Positions 36,895 through 46,027 of a stretch of DNA of 64,000 bases are shown one piece after another. The notes beneath the pieces are model-generated. The model saw only the letters and a list, made by a program, of their open reading frames with translations. It did no database searches and was not told where the DNA came from. The stretch comes from Candidatus Nanohaloarchaea archaeon (lineage in GTDB: Archaea; Nanohalarchaeota; Nanosalinia; Nanosalinales; Nanosalinaceae), in contig JBEQBC010000001.1 of assembly GCA_041640035.1 (NCBI GenBank), forward strand, positions 96,001-160,000. The letters run 5' to 3'. Each line of letters opens with the position of its first letter. Position 1 is the first letter of the stretch. A program made the translations under genes and the position numbers.

Positions 36895-37461
36895 ATGGAT
36901 TTCAAAAACCGCTACCAGGACTTCTTTGAGGAACTTAACAAAGAATACATGGATGAGGAAAGATTTGTTCCAGCTGTAGGACCTGAAGATGCTGAATACA
37001 TGCTCATAGGAGAAGCACCAGGAGCTAACGAAGTCGAGGAAGGAGAACCTTTCGTAGGAAGAGCAGGAGAAAAGATGAATGATATACTCGATGATATCGA
37101 TATGCAGCGATCCGACCTCTACATAACCAACCTGGTAAAGATCAGGCCGCCAGACAACAGAGATCCAAAGAAAGACGAGATTGAAGCCTGGGCACCGCTA
37201 CTTGAGAAAGAAATCGAGAAGGTGGAACCGGACATCATAATTACATTAGGTAACTTCCCGAGCAAATACATGCTGGATACATCTAAAGGAATCAGCAAGA
37301 TACACGGACGAACATTCACTAGGGAAGGTCAGAAGATCATGCCGGTGTACCATCCTGCTGCAACACTTTACGATAGATCCAAAACACCAGAACTTGAGAA
37401 AGACCTGCGGAAAGCGTTTGGTAAGGAGGATACAGGTCAGAGAAAATTAGGTAACTTCTAA
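36895..37461 (+). CDS. udg: Uracil-DNA glycosylase family 4
   Basis: IGEAPG..E..G.PFVGRAG, YITN.VK.RPPDNRDP, YHPAA; C-terminal PIP-like QRKLGNF. Confidence 0.92.
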   Translation: MDFKNRYQDFFEELNKEYMDEERFVPAVGPEDAEYMLIGEAPGANEVEEGEPFVGRAGEKMNDILDDIDMQRSDLYITNLVKIRPPDNRDPKKDEIEAWAPLLEKEIEKVEPDIIITLGNFPSKYMLDTSKGISKIHGRTFTREGQKIMPVYHPAATLYDRSKTPELEKDLRKAFGKEDTGQRKLGNF

Positions 37462-37467
37462 AAGAAA

Positions 37468-38337
37468 ATGAAACGATACAAACCGATAATCGACAACTGG
37501 GAGAAATTCAAGAAGTACGGTGATAAGCATCAGCAGCCAGCAGTCAGGAAAAACCCGTTGAAAGCAGGAGAAGATTTTGAAGAAAAACTCGGGAAACACT
37601 TCGAATTCGAACAGACCGACTGGAACCAGAATGTCTACCGTGTAGATACGGAGAAACCTGGAAAATCACGGCTCCAGTGGAGAGGCGACTACTATGTACA
37701 GGAAGAATCAGCAGCACTACCTGTAGACATCTTGGATCCTCAGCCCGGTGAAACCGTACTTGACATGTGTTCGGCGCCCGGCGGTAAAACCACGCAGATG
37801 GCAGCAAAGACAGACAACGCCGCGGAGATAATAGCGAATGATGATTCCCGGAACAGGATACAGAGCCTTCAGATGAACCTTTACAGAACAGGGTCCGCAG
37901 CCGTCACAGTCACCAACTATGATGGAAGACACCTTCCCGAGGACAGAAAATACGACAGGATACTTCTAGACGCGCCATGTACAGGAGAAGGCGACCGTTA
38001 CAGGAAAACATTCGAATCAGCGAACGAAGGAGAGATCGCGGAACTAAGCCAGCTCCAGAAAGAACTCATAGAAAAAGCAGCCAAACTACTGAAAGACGAA
38101 GGAGCACTTGTATACAGCACCTGCACCATAAACCCGGCTGAAAACGAAGAAGTCGTCAAACACGCCATCCAAAACACGGAACTAAGTACTGAATCAATAG
38201 AATCGGATATAGAGCATGTAAGAGGGGTTGAAAGCTTTGAAGAAAATGAATATGGCGATGAGATGAAGGATACTGTTCGTGTATATCCTCATCATTTCAA
38301 TTCAGGGGTGATATTCGTTGCCAAACTCACAAAATGA
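37468..38337 (+). CDS. RsmB/NOP2 RNA (cytosine-C5)-methyltransferase
   Basis: QEESA, DMCSAPGGKT, DAPCTG, YSTCT..ENE. Confidence 0.92.
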   Translation: MKRYKPIIDNWEKFKKYGDKHQQPAVRKNPLKAGEDFEEKLGKHFEFEQTDWNQNVYRVDTEKPGKSRLQWRGDYYVQEESAALPVDILDPQPGETVLDMCSAPGGKTTQMAAKTDNAAEIIANDDSRNRIQSLQMNLYRTGSAAVTVTNYDGRHLPEDRKYDRILLDAPCTGEGDRYRKTFESANEGEIAELSQLQKELIEKAAKLLKDEGALVYSTCTINPAENEEVVKHAIQNTELSTESIESDIEHVRGVESFEENEYGDEMKDTVRVYPHHFNSGVIFVAKLTK

Positions 38338-38749
38338 AGCATACGAATATCTGGAGGAAAGGTTTGGTGTCACCAGAGAAGACTTGGAGCCGCTAGAACT
38401 CCGGAAGATCAATGGAGACTTCTGGCTGGCACCTGAAGAAAACGATCTTCAGGCAGAAACCGCTGGTATAAGGGCTTTGAGATCCAGTGAGAGAGGTTTC
38501 AAACCCACGACCTACTTTCTTCAACTACTTGGTGACAGGATATCCAAAAATGCGGTAGAGCTTTCAGATGAAGAGTACAGTACTATTCTGGACCGTGAAA
38601 TGATTGAGAAGACAGGTCTAGAGAAAGGCTATGTCGCATTGATCTATGAAGGAGATGTTATCGGATGCGGTTTCTTCAAGAACGAACTGGTGTCTACACG
38701 GATCTCGAAGGCCCGTACCAAGCACTTGGTTGATATTCTAGATATGTGA
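38318..38749 (+). CDS. NIP7/RsmF C-terminal-like PUA-related protein
   Basis: YLEERFG, GIRALR..KPTT, GYVAL..GCG; overlaps methyltransferase gene. Confidence 0.7.
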   Translation: MPNSQNEAYEYLEERFGVTREDLEPLELRKINGDFWLAPEENDLQAETAGIRALRSSERGFKPTTYFLQLLGDRISKNAVELSDEEYSTILDREMIEKTGLEKGYVALIYEGDVIGCGFFKNELVSTRISKARTKHLVDILDM

Positions 38750-38986
38750 ACTGCTACCCGTCAAACGATCGTAGATTAACTCCAGTGCGTAGATCGCGAT
38801 CAGAAATACGGATAACTGAAGTGCAAGCACATTCTGATCCGCTGCCAGTGTGAAAACATCGCTTTTGTTATAGCCCAGGTTGTTGTAGAGAACGAAACTG
38901 ACATAACTCAGTACAATCACTGTGAGAAGATCAATAAGTGTTGATTTCTCAAGTTTCTCTCCCAGAGAGTTCCCTACACCGGACAT
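38738..38986 (-). CDS. Small membrane protein
   Basis: Two TM segments. Confidence 0.5.
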   Translation of the reverse strand: MSGVGNSLGEKLEKSTLIDLLTVIVLSYVSFVLYNNLGYNKSDVFTLAADQNVLALQLSVFLIAIYALELIYDRLTGSSSHI

Positions 38987-39094
38987 AACTAACCATTAGA
39001 CCTCAAATGAAATAAAAAATACGGGTGACAGAAACGGACCCCAAAATCTGAGCACATTTAGGTATATAAAATTTACACCCATTCTTTGTGTATA

Positions 39095-39206
39095 CTGGCG
39101 GCCAGAGCGAGGGGGCAACACCCGTACCCATTCCGAACACGGAAGTAAAGTCCCTCAGCGATCTGGTCAGTACTGCCTTTTGGCGGGAGACCCAGGACGC
39201 TGCCAG
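39095..39206 (+). rRNA. rrf: 5S rRNA (stand-alone, about 112 nt)
   Basis: Helix I CTGGCGGC/GCTGCCAG, conserved CACCCGTACCCATTCCGAACACGGAAGTAAAG and AGTAC loop E; TATA GTATATAAAA upstream, T-tract downstream. Confidence 0.95.
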
Positions 39207-39313
39207 ACTATTTTTCCCTTTCGTTTTCAACTTCTGCAGATTACTTTGAATTACAGAGTACATTTTTAGACTTGAATAATAGAAAGAAAATGAAGTAGGA
39301 GCTCCAGCCTTGT

Positions 39314-40279
39314 TTACAGCTGGGTGTGTTCTCCGAGAACTGCGTCGTTAAGCTCTGTGTTCGAGATCTCTACATCTCTATCGACTATGGAGCTTCTGAC
39401 CTCTGAGTCCTCGATATGGGCGTTCGGGAAGACGATAGTGTTCTCCAGACGGGAATCTTTCACTGTAGCTCCTTCCATAACTACTACATTGTCTCCGATA
39501 CGAGAGTCCTCGACTTCTCCCTTGATCAGGCTGTCACCGAGCAGTGTTCCGGTGGAACCTAGGTAGCCTTCTACTGTTCCGATATCGAACCAGTCTCCTT
39601 CAAAGCTGTAGGCGTACATCGGTGTCTTCTTGTGAGCCCACTCGATCAGCCGTCCTGGCTCATCCAGGTACTGATCCGCAGTTACATCCGTCTGCTTGAA
39701 ATGCTCCTCATACTCATCAAACAGGGATAGCTGGTCCTGCGGGAAGAAGTAGCATGCCGTGGAAGCTAGTGTGCTTGGCGGCTCATCCGGCTTCTCCTTG
39801 AATCCTGTGATCTTGGTATCCTCAGTATCCACGATACCAAATCCTGTTGCCTTGGCCTTAGTTCCTACATCGTAAACCACATTTGCAGGCGCGTCCTTCT
39901 CCTGAGCGAACCGTACGAATTCGTCGATATCGAAGCTGTAGTAGTTGTCTCCTCCTACTACCAGTAAGTCGTCGTTCAGGTTTTCGGTTTCGATTAGGTT
40001 GATTATCGCTCCGATAGTACCGGGTTTTTCTTCCTCACTGTCCTGATTCTCGACTACTACACGGGCGCTATGGCGGTCGTATTCCTGTATATAGTTTTCG
40101 AAGTCGTCTGCGAATTTCTCGTTTGTTGAGATTATGATTTCGTCTACTTCTTCGGTCATTCCTTCTATAATGTACTCTATGATCGGTTTCTCGCCGAGCG
40201 GAAGAAGAGGTTTAGCACGATTTTTGGTGATAGGCCAGAGACGGGTGGCATGTCCTCCTGCAAGTATAATCGCTTTCAT
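39314..40279 (-). CDS. Sugar-phosphate nucleotidyltransferase
   Basis: KAIILAGGHATRLWP.T...AKPLLP, GDN, EKP, WFDIGT, C-terminal hexapeptide repeats. Confidence 0.92.
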   Translation of the reverse strand: MKAIILAGGHATRLWPITKNRAKPLLPLGEKPIIEYIIEGMTEEVDEIIISTNEKFADDFENYIQEYDRHSARVVVENQDSEEEKPGTIGAIINLIETENLNDDLLVVGGDNYYSFDIDEFVRFAQEKDAPANVVYDVGTKAKATGFGIVDTEDTKITGFKEKPDEPPSTLASTACYFFPQDQLSLFDEYEEHFKQTDVTADQYLDEPGRLIEWAHKKTPMYAYSFEGDWFDIGTVEGYLGSTGTLLGDSLIKGEVEDSRIGDNVVVMEGATVKDSRLENTIVFPNAHIEDSEVRSSIVDRDVEISNTELNDAVLGEHTQL

Positions 40280-40407
40280 TGATACCAGATAATACAAAGT
40301 AATACTTCGGATTTTATATTGATTTTCAACCTGTCTTACTCAGCCAGTCAAGTCCTTCGGCAACTCCGTTTGATATAAGACAGTTCAAACACTAGATTTA
40401 GGTAGAG

Positions 40408-41487
40408 ATGGGTACAGTTCTGCATGTTGATATGGACGCGTTCTACGCATCGGTAGAGGCAGAGAGAAGAGATATCGAAGACGAACCGATAGTCGTATGT
40501 GTCTACTCGGGAAGAACCGAGGATTCAGGAGCAGTATCAACCTGTAGCTATGATGCAAGGGAACTCGGTATCCATGCCGCGATGCCGATAGTTGAGGCTA
40601 AGAGAATAGCGGAGCAATCCGGAAAAAATGTGCATTTCGTAGGTATGGACAAAGAGTTCTACGACCAGTTCTCCGACGATATAAGAGAAAACATACTAGA
40701 AGAACATACCGATACCATCGAGAAAGCATCGATCGACGAATTCTACCTGGAACTGGAAACTGACGACTTCAAACAGGCAGAGAAAACTGCGGAAACCATA
40801 CAGGAGAAAGTTAACTCGGAGTTCGGAGTAACCTGCTCTATCGGCGTAGCGCCCAACAAGCTTGTAGCCAAGATTGCTTCAGACCAGGACAAACCGGAAG
40901 GGATTACAGTGGTAGAATCTGAAGAGGTCAGAGGTTTCATGGAGACCTTGGAGATAGGTGATATTCATGGTATCGGCGATAAAACGGTTCAGAAACTGGA
41001 GGAACTCGGGATAGAAACGGTTGAGGAGCTGGCGGATTCAGACGCATCAGCTTTGGTCCGTGAGTTCGGAGAAAAGCAAGGTTTGGAGCTGCAGAAGAAG
41101 GCTAAAGGCATCGATGAAAGCGAGGTAGAGGACTCGATGCAGAAACAGATAACACGGATTACCACACTGGATCAAAACAGCAGAAGCTTCAACCATATCA
41201 GAAAAGTATTCCCAGAACTCGCATCAGATCTCCAGGAAAAAACCGAGAAGCTGAATGTAGACTTTCAGTCGGTCGTGCTTATAGCTATAGATACTGATAT
41301 GCAGATGCATACTCGTGCAAACAGTTTGAAGACACCGGTTAGAGATCAGCAGATAATCATAGATGAAGGGGAAGAACTACTACAGGACTTCTTGGAGAAT
41401 TTCGATGGTATGATACGCAGAGTAGGTTTAAGAGTCAAGAACTTGAAGGAGAGGAAAGGTCAGAAATCATTTACAGACTTCACATAG
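40408..41487 (+). CDS. dinB: Y-family DNA polymerase IV (DinB/Dpo4)
   Basis: HVDMDAFYASVE, SYDAR..G, SIDE, NKLVAKIAS...KP.G; PIP-like QKSFTDF. Confidence 0.95.
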   Translation: MGTVLHVDMDAFYASVEAERRDIEDEPIVVCVYSGRTEDSGAVSTCSYDARELGIHAAMPIVEAKRIAEQSGKNVHFVGMDKEFYDQFSDDIRENILEEHTDTIEKASIDEFYLELETDDFKQAEKTAETIQEKVNSEFGVTCSIGVAPNKLVAKIASDQDKPEGITVVESEEVRGFMETLEIGDIHGIGDKTVQKLEELGIETVEELADSDASALVREFGEKQGLELQKKAKGIDESEVEDSMQKQITRITTLDQNSRSFNHIRKVFPELASDLQEKTEKLNVDFQSVVLIAIDTDMQMHTRANSLKTPVRDQQIIIDEGEELLQDFLENFDGMIRRVGLRVKNLKERKGQKSFTDFT

Positions 41488-41489
41488 CT

Positions 41490-42158
41490 TTATTCTGTAG
41501 CTAGTGACTTCAGTTTGTCTAGCCCATCGATGCTGAAGTCAGGCTGTACATCACCTTCAACATGTTCGCGGTTTAGCCATGCGGATTTCATGTTGGCTCT
41601 GTTCGCTGCTATGACATCTGATTCTGCGTCTCCAACATAGAGGATTGGATCTCTCTTGATCTCAATCTTCGCGATCTCAAGGTGGTTCGGGTTCGGTTTT
41701 CGGGCCTGAAGGTCTTCGAAGCTTCTTACGCCCATGTAGAAGTGGAAATATTTCTTTAAACTAAACTCTTCGATTGTGGCTTCGACTGCGTCCTCTGGAG
41801 CGTTGCTGATTATACCCATCTTGATATCTTCTTGGTGGAGCTCCTCGATTAACTGTTTGGCGCCGTCGAAAAGCTGGATATCACCGTTCTTAATTCTCTG
41901 TCTTCTTTTCAGGGTGGTTTCCTGAGCTACTTCGGTCCAGACCTTTTTCGGACTGAGTCCCAAGTTGTTACAGGCTTTGATGCATTCCTTGTATCCTTGA
42001 TCTCCCAGGATCGCGCCCAGTGTTTTCTTGTCTATTTTGTCGGCGTCAACGCCTTTGCTTCGGATCACTTTTCTTACTGCATCCCATTTCCACTCATCAT
42101 CGGTCATGGAGTCGAGAAGGACTCCATCCATATCGAAAACCACTGCGTTGAAGCTCAT
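41490..42158 (-). CDS. HAD-superfamily hydrolase
   Basis: FDMDGVL, ISN, KPNP, VGD...D. Confidence 0.9.
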   Translation of the reverse strand: MSFNAVVFDMDGVLLDSMTDDEWKWDAVRKVIRSKGVDADKIDKKTLGAILGDQGYKECIKACNNLGLSPKKVWTEVAQETTLKRRQRIKNGDIQLFDGAKQLIEELHQEDIKMGIISNAPEDAVEATIEEFSLKKYFHFYMGVRSFEDLQARKPNPNHLEIAKIEIKRDPILYVGDAESDVIAANRANMKSAWLNREHVEGDVQPDFSIDGLDKLKSLATE

Positions 42159-42281
42159 CTATAACTTCAAATAATTACCCACAAACTTAAACCTGTAACC
42201 GCTTACAACGGTACTTCGAACAATATTTCCAGCCTATTGAAAAATATACACTTCAAAAACCAAATATACTCGGTAAATTTT

Positions 42282-42370
42282 GCCAGCGTGGCGGAGTCTG
42301 GTTGAACGCGGCAGATTCGAGATCTGCTGGGACATACCGTCCCTCCCCGGTTCAAATCCGGGCGCTGGCG
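42282..42370 (+). tRNA. tRNA-Ser(CGA)
   Basis: GCCAGCG/CGCTGGC, arm GCAGA-TTCGAGA-TCTGC, long variable arm GGGAC..GTCCC, G73. Confidence 0.93.
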
Positions 42371-42636
42371 CTCTAACTTTCTCTAGTTTCTGTAGGGATA
42401 TCTTTCTTTAAGGAGATTTCTTCAGCTAATTTCTATCGATATCTATAAAATGCTGTAGAATAGTCTTGTTATCTAGATAGCTATTTTTCCGTTACTAATT
42501 TTATTATTAAGATAGAATTAATCTGTTTTGATTTAATTAATTTGATTTGAAGACTTGAAATTGTTTATGAAGCCTGTATTGACCGTTAAATATTTAAGAA
42601 TTACTTGATAAAGTTGTTACTGCAAGGTGGCTAAAA

Positions 42637-43272
42637 ATGAATGGGGAATTTGACAACGGTGAAATGGACTTTGACGATGTATCCGAAACCCTGGAAGAAG
42701 AGGAAAATGATGGAATAGTCTCCCGAGCAAAAGAGGTAGGAGAGGAGATCTACGACTTCGCATCAGAAGCAGTCGGCCCATCAACTGCAGTGACAGTGCC
42801 TGTAGGAGCAGGTGCAGCAGCACTGACAAACCAGCCAATAGAAGTAGGAGCAGGAGCAGGAGTATCAGCATCCCTACTATACGAGGCAGCTAAACACCAG
42901 AAGGAAACCAACCGAGACTTCGACCTGGAAGATGGAGCATTCCTCGGAGGACTAACAGCGATGGGCCCGGTTGGAGGATACGCAGCATCAAAAAGAGATG
43001 AAATCGCAGAATACGCAGGTGAAGGTGTAGATACAGCGATCGACGCTGGACAGTCAGCTTACCAGACAGCTACAGAGGCAGGTGCTCAGGCAGCAAACTA
43101 TGTGATGGCGGAAGGACCACAGTTAGCGAATGAAGCAGTTGCCTCAGCTGGAGATGCAGCAGTCGGTGTAGGAGCAGGACTAGCAACCATCATGGGAGGA
43201 GCACTCGCCTATGGAAAGGCAAAGCAAGAGTTAACTGAAGATAGAGACTGGGAGATGGATGAGGAATACTAG
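42637..43272 (+). CDS. Acidic Gly/Ala-rich hypothetical protein
   Basis: 211-aa ORF with genome-typical codon use and AAGGTGG SD. Confidence 0.7.
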   Translation: MNGEFDNGEMDFDDVSETLEEEENDGIVSRAKEVGEEIYDFASEAVGPSTAVTVPVGAGAAALTNQPIEVGAGAGVSASLLYEAAKHQKETNRDFDLEDGAFLGGLTAMGPVGGYAASKRDEIAEYAGEGVDTAIDAGQSAYQTATEAGAQAANYVMAEGPQLANEAVASAGDAAVGVGAGLATIMGGALAYGKAKQELTEDRDWEMDEEY

Positions 43273-43286
43273 TTATTTCCCCTTCT

Positions 43287-43733
43287 TTATTCCCACATTT
43301 CTATGAAGTTGTCTACACGGTCTTCGAGTATGTCTGATGCGTATCTCCTGAATTTATTCGTTGTGCTTTCATCTACCTCGTACTGGTCTTTTTCTATAAG
43401 TCCGCTATCTTCTAGTACATCGAGGTGGGCGGATACGGTGGCAGGTGATTTGCCAACTTTATCTGATATTTCTGTTAGTTTTGAGTTCTGCTGGAGGTAG
43501 TAAAGTATTTCTCCTCGTGGTGAGTGGTTTAGCGCTGCCAGCAGGTTGCGGTCTTCTTCATCGGTTTCTTGTGGGTAGAATCTTCTGTAGCCGCGGATTT
43601 TCTCTTCCTCGATGTTGTCAAGGTTTCGGATGTGGTGGTTGATTGTGGATTTGGAGCATCCTACCTTTCTTTCCAGCTCTCTGAAATGTATTCCCGGTGA
43701 TTTCTGTACCGTGTTCTCGATTTTCTGTTTCAT
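43287..43733 (-). CDS. Double winged-HTH regulator (COG3398-like)
   Basis: PGIHFRELER..STINHH and LTEISDKVGKSPATVSAHL; ATG 43733 overlaps upstream stop. Confidence 0.8.
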   Translation of the reverse strand: MKQKIENTVQKSPGIHFRELERKVGCSKSTINHHIRNLDNIEEEKIRGYRRFYPQETDEEDRNLLAALNHSPRGEILYYLQQNSKLTEISDKVGKSPATVSAHLDVLEDSGLIEKDQYEVDESTTNKFRRYASDILEDRVDNFIEMWE

Positions 43734-43996
43734 CTGGTTGTACCTCTGTAGAACAGCAGCAGTATTGCCAGCGTTATTATGTGGTTTATCCAGGTGACCT
43801 CTGATTTGATGAACGCCATGTTGGTCAAGATGATTAGTTCGTTTACCGCGAATAATCCGAAAGCTGAGAATATGTACAGGAACTTCTCTGTCTCCTTGCG
43901 TTTGTATGACAGGTATGAAACTGTGAGAAGGAACACTGAGACTATCAAAGTCACTGTATGCAGGAACATATCTACAAGCATATTTTCGTGCATCAT
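43730..43996 (-). CDS. Small 3-TM protein coupled to HTH regulator
   Basis: SYLSYKRK..FL.IFSAF pattern; 4-nt overlap with regulator. Confidence 0.65.
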   Translation of the reverse strand: MMHENMLVDMFLHTVTLIVSVFLLTVSYLSYKRKETEKFLYIFSAFGLFAVNELIILTNMAFIKSEVTWINHIITLAILLLFYRGTTR

Positions 43997-44058
43997 TTCT
44001 CAGGTATCCCTCACAGAAACTGTATTTGTAGGCGAACACTGTTATTTCTTTAGGTCGT

Positions 44059-44607
44059 TTACAGGTTGTTAACTATTTCTTTCAGTTCGTATGGATGTCC
44101 TCTCATACCCAGTTTTCTGATGGTGGCCTCTGATAATGCGCTGATTACCGGATTGTTCTTGAGGAAGTCGTCCTCGCTTGTTATTATGTCACCAATCGAG
44201 TAGATGAAAGTATTGTAAAGTATCTCGGAAACCTTCTCCGGATCGTTGCACTGGCTGATCGCTACCTGGAAGAACTCTTCACCTAACTGTTCGGCTCGCT
44301 CCGTTCTTTCATTAAGTATATCTCTTTCCTCGCTGTCTTTCTCAAGTTCTTCCTTCAGGCTTTCAACCCAGAAAACTGAGATACCATGGTAATCTACCTC
44401 GTAGTACTGTGCCCGGGTTCTTTTTCCTCGCTCTACAAAATCTTTTTCCGTCAGGTTGGTCAGCGCCCGGCATATTGAGGACTGTGGTTTCCCTAACTGT
44501 TCTGCAATATTTTTGCCATAATCCCCTTCATCCTTTCCAGCCAGCAGTTTAAGAATATCGCAGGCTAGTTCAGAGTTCAGGACCGGGTTAGATTCCTCTG
44601 AGTTCAC
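44059..44607 (-). CDS. Winged-helix DNA-binding protein
   Basis: IAEQLGKPQSSICRAL..L....FVER..RTRAQYY. Confidence 0.7.
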   Translation of the reverse strand: MNSEESNPVLNSELACDILKLLAGKDEGDYGKNIAEQLGKPQSSICRALTNLTEKDFVERGKRTRAQYYEVDYHGISVFWVESLKEELEKDSEERDILNERTERAEQLGEEFFQVAISQCNDPEKVSEILYNTFIYSIGDIITSEDDFLKNNPVISALSEATIRKLGMRGHPYELKEIVNNL

Positions 44608-44678
44608 TTCTAACGATTTAGATTTTACCTATACTTTAAAAAATATGGTTCACATCGTATGTTATAGGTTGATTTGAA

Positions 44679-44885
44679 ATGGAATTTTCAGTTAGAAGTA
44701 TGAAACTGCTCCTGAAAGAGAACACATCAAAAAGAGTAAGCGAAGACTCAGCAGAAGCACTCGGCGAACAACTAGAAGAATTCGCTGAAGAAGTTGCTTC
44801 AGGCTCTATAGACGAAGCAAATGAAGATGGAAGAAAAACAGTTCGAGCAGAAGACATCAGACAAGCCCTACTGAAAGCAGAATAA
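44679..44885 (+). CDS. Archaeal histone
   Basis: RVSEDSAEAL and GRKTVRAEDI histone-fold motifs. Confidence 0.9.
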   Translation: MEFSVRSMKLLLKENTSKRVSEDSAEALGEQLEEFAEEVASGSIDEANEDGRKTVRAEDIRQALLKAE

Positions 44886-44933
44886 GTTTTTCAGTACATC
44901 ATCTTTTTATTTGTCTTTTTCGCATTTTAATTT

Positions 44934-45563
44934 ATGAATAAGATTTTCTTATCAGGTATTCTTGCAGCAGTGGTTATCATATCTGGGTGCACCCAGTCTA
45001 CAACTCCTTCACAGGATGGAGGCCAGGGTGAGTTCGAACTACTGGTCAGTGATCAGCCGACAGAGATAAGCCAGTTCGACTATGTGAGAACCACATTATC
45101 TGAAGCAAGAGTCTACCAATCAAACACTTCAGAGAACCAGACCGATGAGTACCAGACCATCGAACTGGAACCAAACACAACAGTAGATCTAAGACAGCTC
45201 CAAGGAGACAAAGCAACCTCAATCATCAACGAAACACTGGAAGCAGGCAACCACACTGCAGTACACATCTCAGTAACCGATGTAAACGCATCGATCGACG
45301 GAGAATCAGCAGATGTAATGATCCCAAGTGAAAGACTGAAGATAAACCAGGAATTCACTGTAACTCCAAACGAGACAACTTCATTCGTATTCGACATAAA
45401 TGTAGTCCGCAGAGGACAGTCTGGCTCATACAACCTTCTACCGGTAATCTCTGAAAGTGGAGTAGTCGGTGAAGATGTAGAAGTCGAACGAGTTCCAAGA
45501 GACAGAGGACCTCAGAACAGTACAGGAGATCAGGCTCCTGAGACACCTGCAGAAGCTCCATAA
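44934..45563 (+). CDS. DUF4382 lipoprotein
   Basis: Lipobox ISGC; LLVSDQP, VDL..LQG, PSERLK, FVFDINV. Confidence 0.8.
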   Translation: MNKIFLSGILAAVVIISGCTQSTTPSQDGGQGEFELLVSDQPTEISQFDYVRTTLSEARVYQSNTSENQTDEYQTIELEPNTTVDLRQLQGDKATSIINETLEAGNHTAVHISVTDVNASIDGESADVMIPSERLKINQEFTVTPNETTSFVFDINVVRRGQSGSYNLLPVISESGVVGEDVEVERVPRDRGPQNSTGDQAPETPAEAP

Positions 45564-45645
45564 AAGCTTAGATCATCTTTTCACTTTTTCTTCTTATACT
45601 GTTAAAATAGAAAGAGGATATGTAGTGTCGAAAATGTTGACTTTT

Positions 45646-45936
45646 CTAGATAGGAGGCATGTCGTCGTCTGGAGGCATTCCTTCGCCCATTCCCTGATCA
45701 GGTCCGCCGACAGGATCGTCCATCGGTTGTTCCTGAACCTGGTCCATAAGTTCTCTGATCTCATCGATCAGTTTCTGAAGAGATCTCTCGGAGTCAGGAT
45801 CCTGGATCTCTGATTCAAGCTCGCTTATCTTGCCTTCAAGCTCTCTGGTGGTGTCGGAACGCGGCATCGTCTCTATGATCATCTCTGCGGAATCAAGTAC
45901 GGCTTCAGCCTCCTCCTTTGTTTCTGCTAGACTCAT
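45646..45936 (-). CDS. Acidic helical protein with Pro/Gly/Met/Asp tail
   Basis: AAGGTGA SD; 96-aa ORF. Confidence 0.65.
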   Translation of the reverse strand: MSLAETKEEAEAVLDSAEMIIETMPRSDTTRELEGKISELESEIQDPDSERSLQKLIDEIRELMDQVQEQPMDDPVGGPDQGMGEGMPPDDDMPPI

Positions 45937-46027
45937 TTGATAATCACCTTGAGGTATTGTCTGAAGGGAATTTTTACTGGATGCGTTTTTTACTTCCCCT
46001 GTGCATCCAACTAAAACGAAATTCTTT

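Noticed and set aside
39003-39263. 86-aa minus-strand ORF
   Set aside because: Antisense shadow of the 5S rRNA gene
43734-44039. N-terminal 102 aa of the 250-aa ORF 43287..44039
   Set aside because: Overlaps the 43730..43996 membrane gene in another frame; the HTH protein more plausibly starts at ATG 43733
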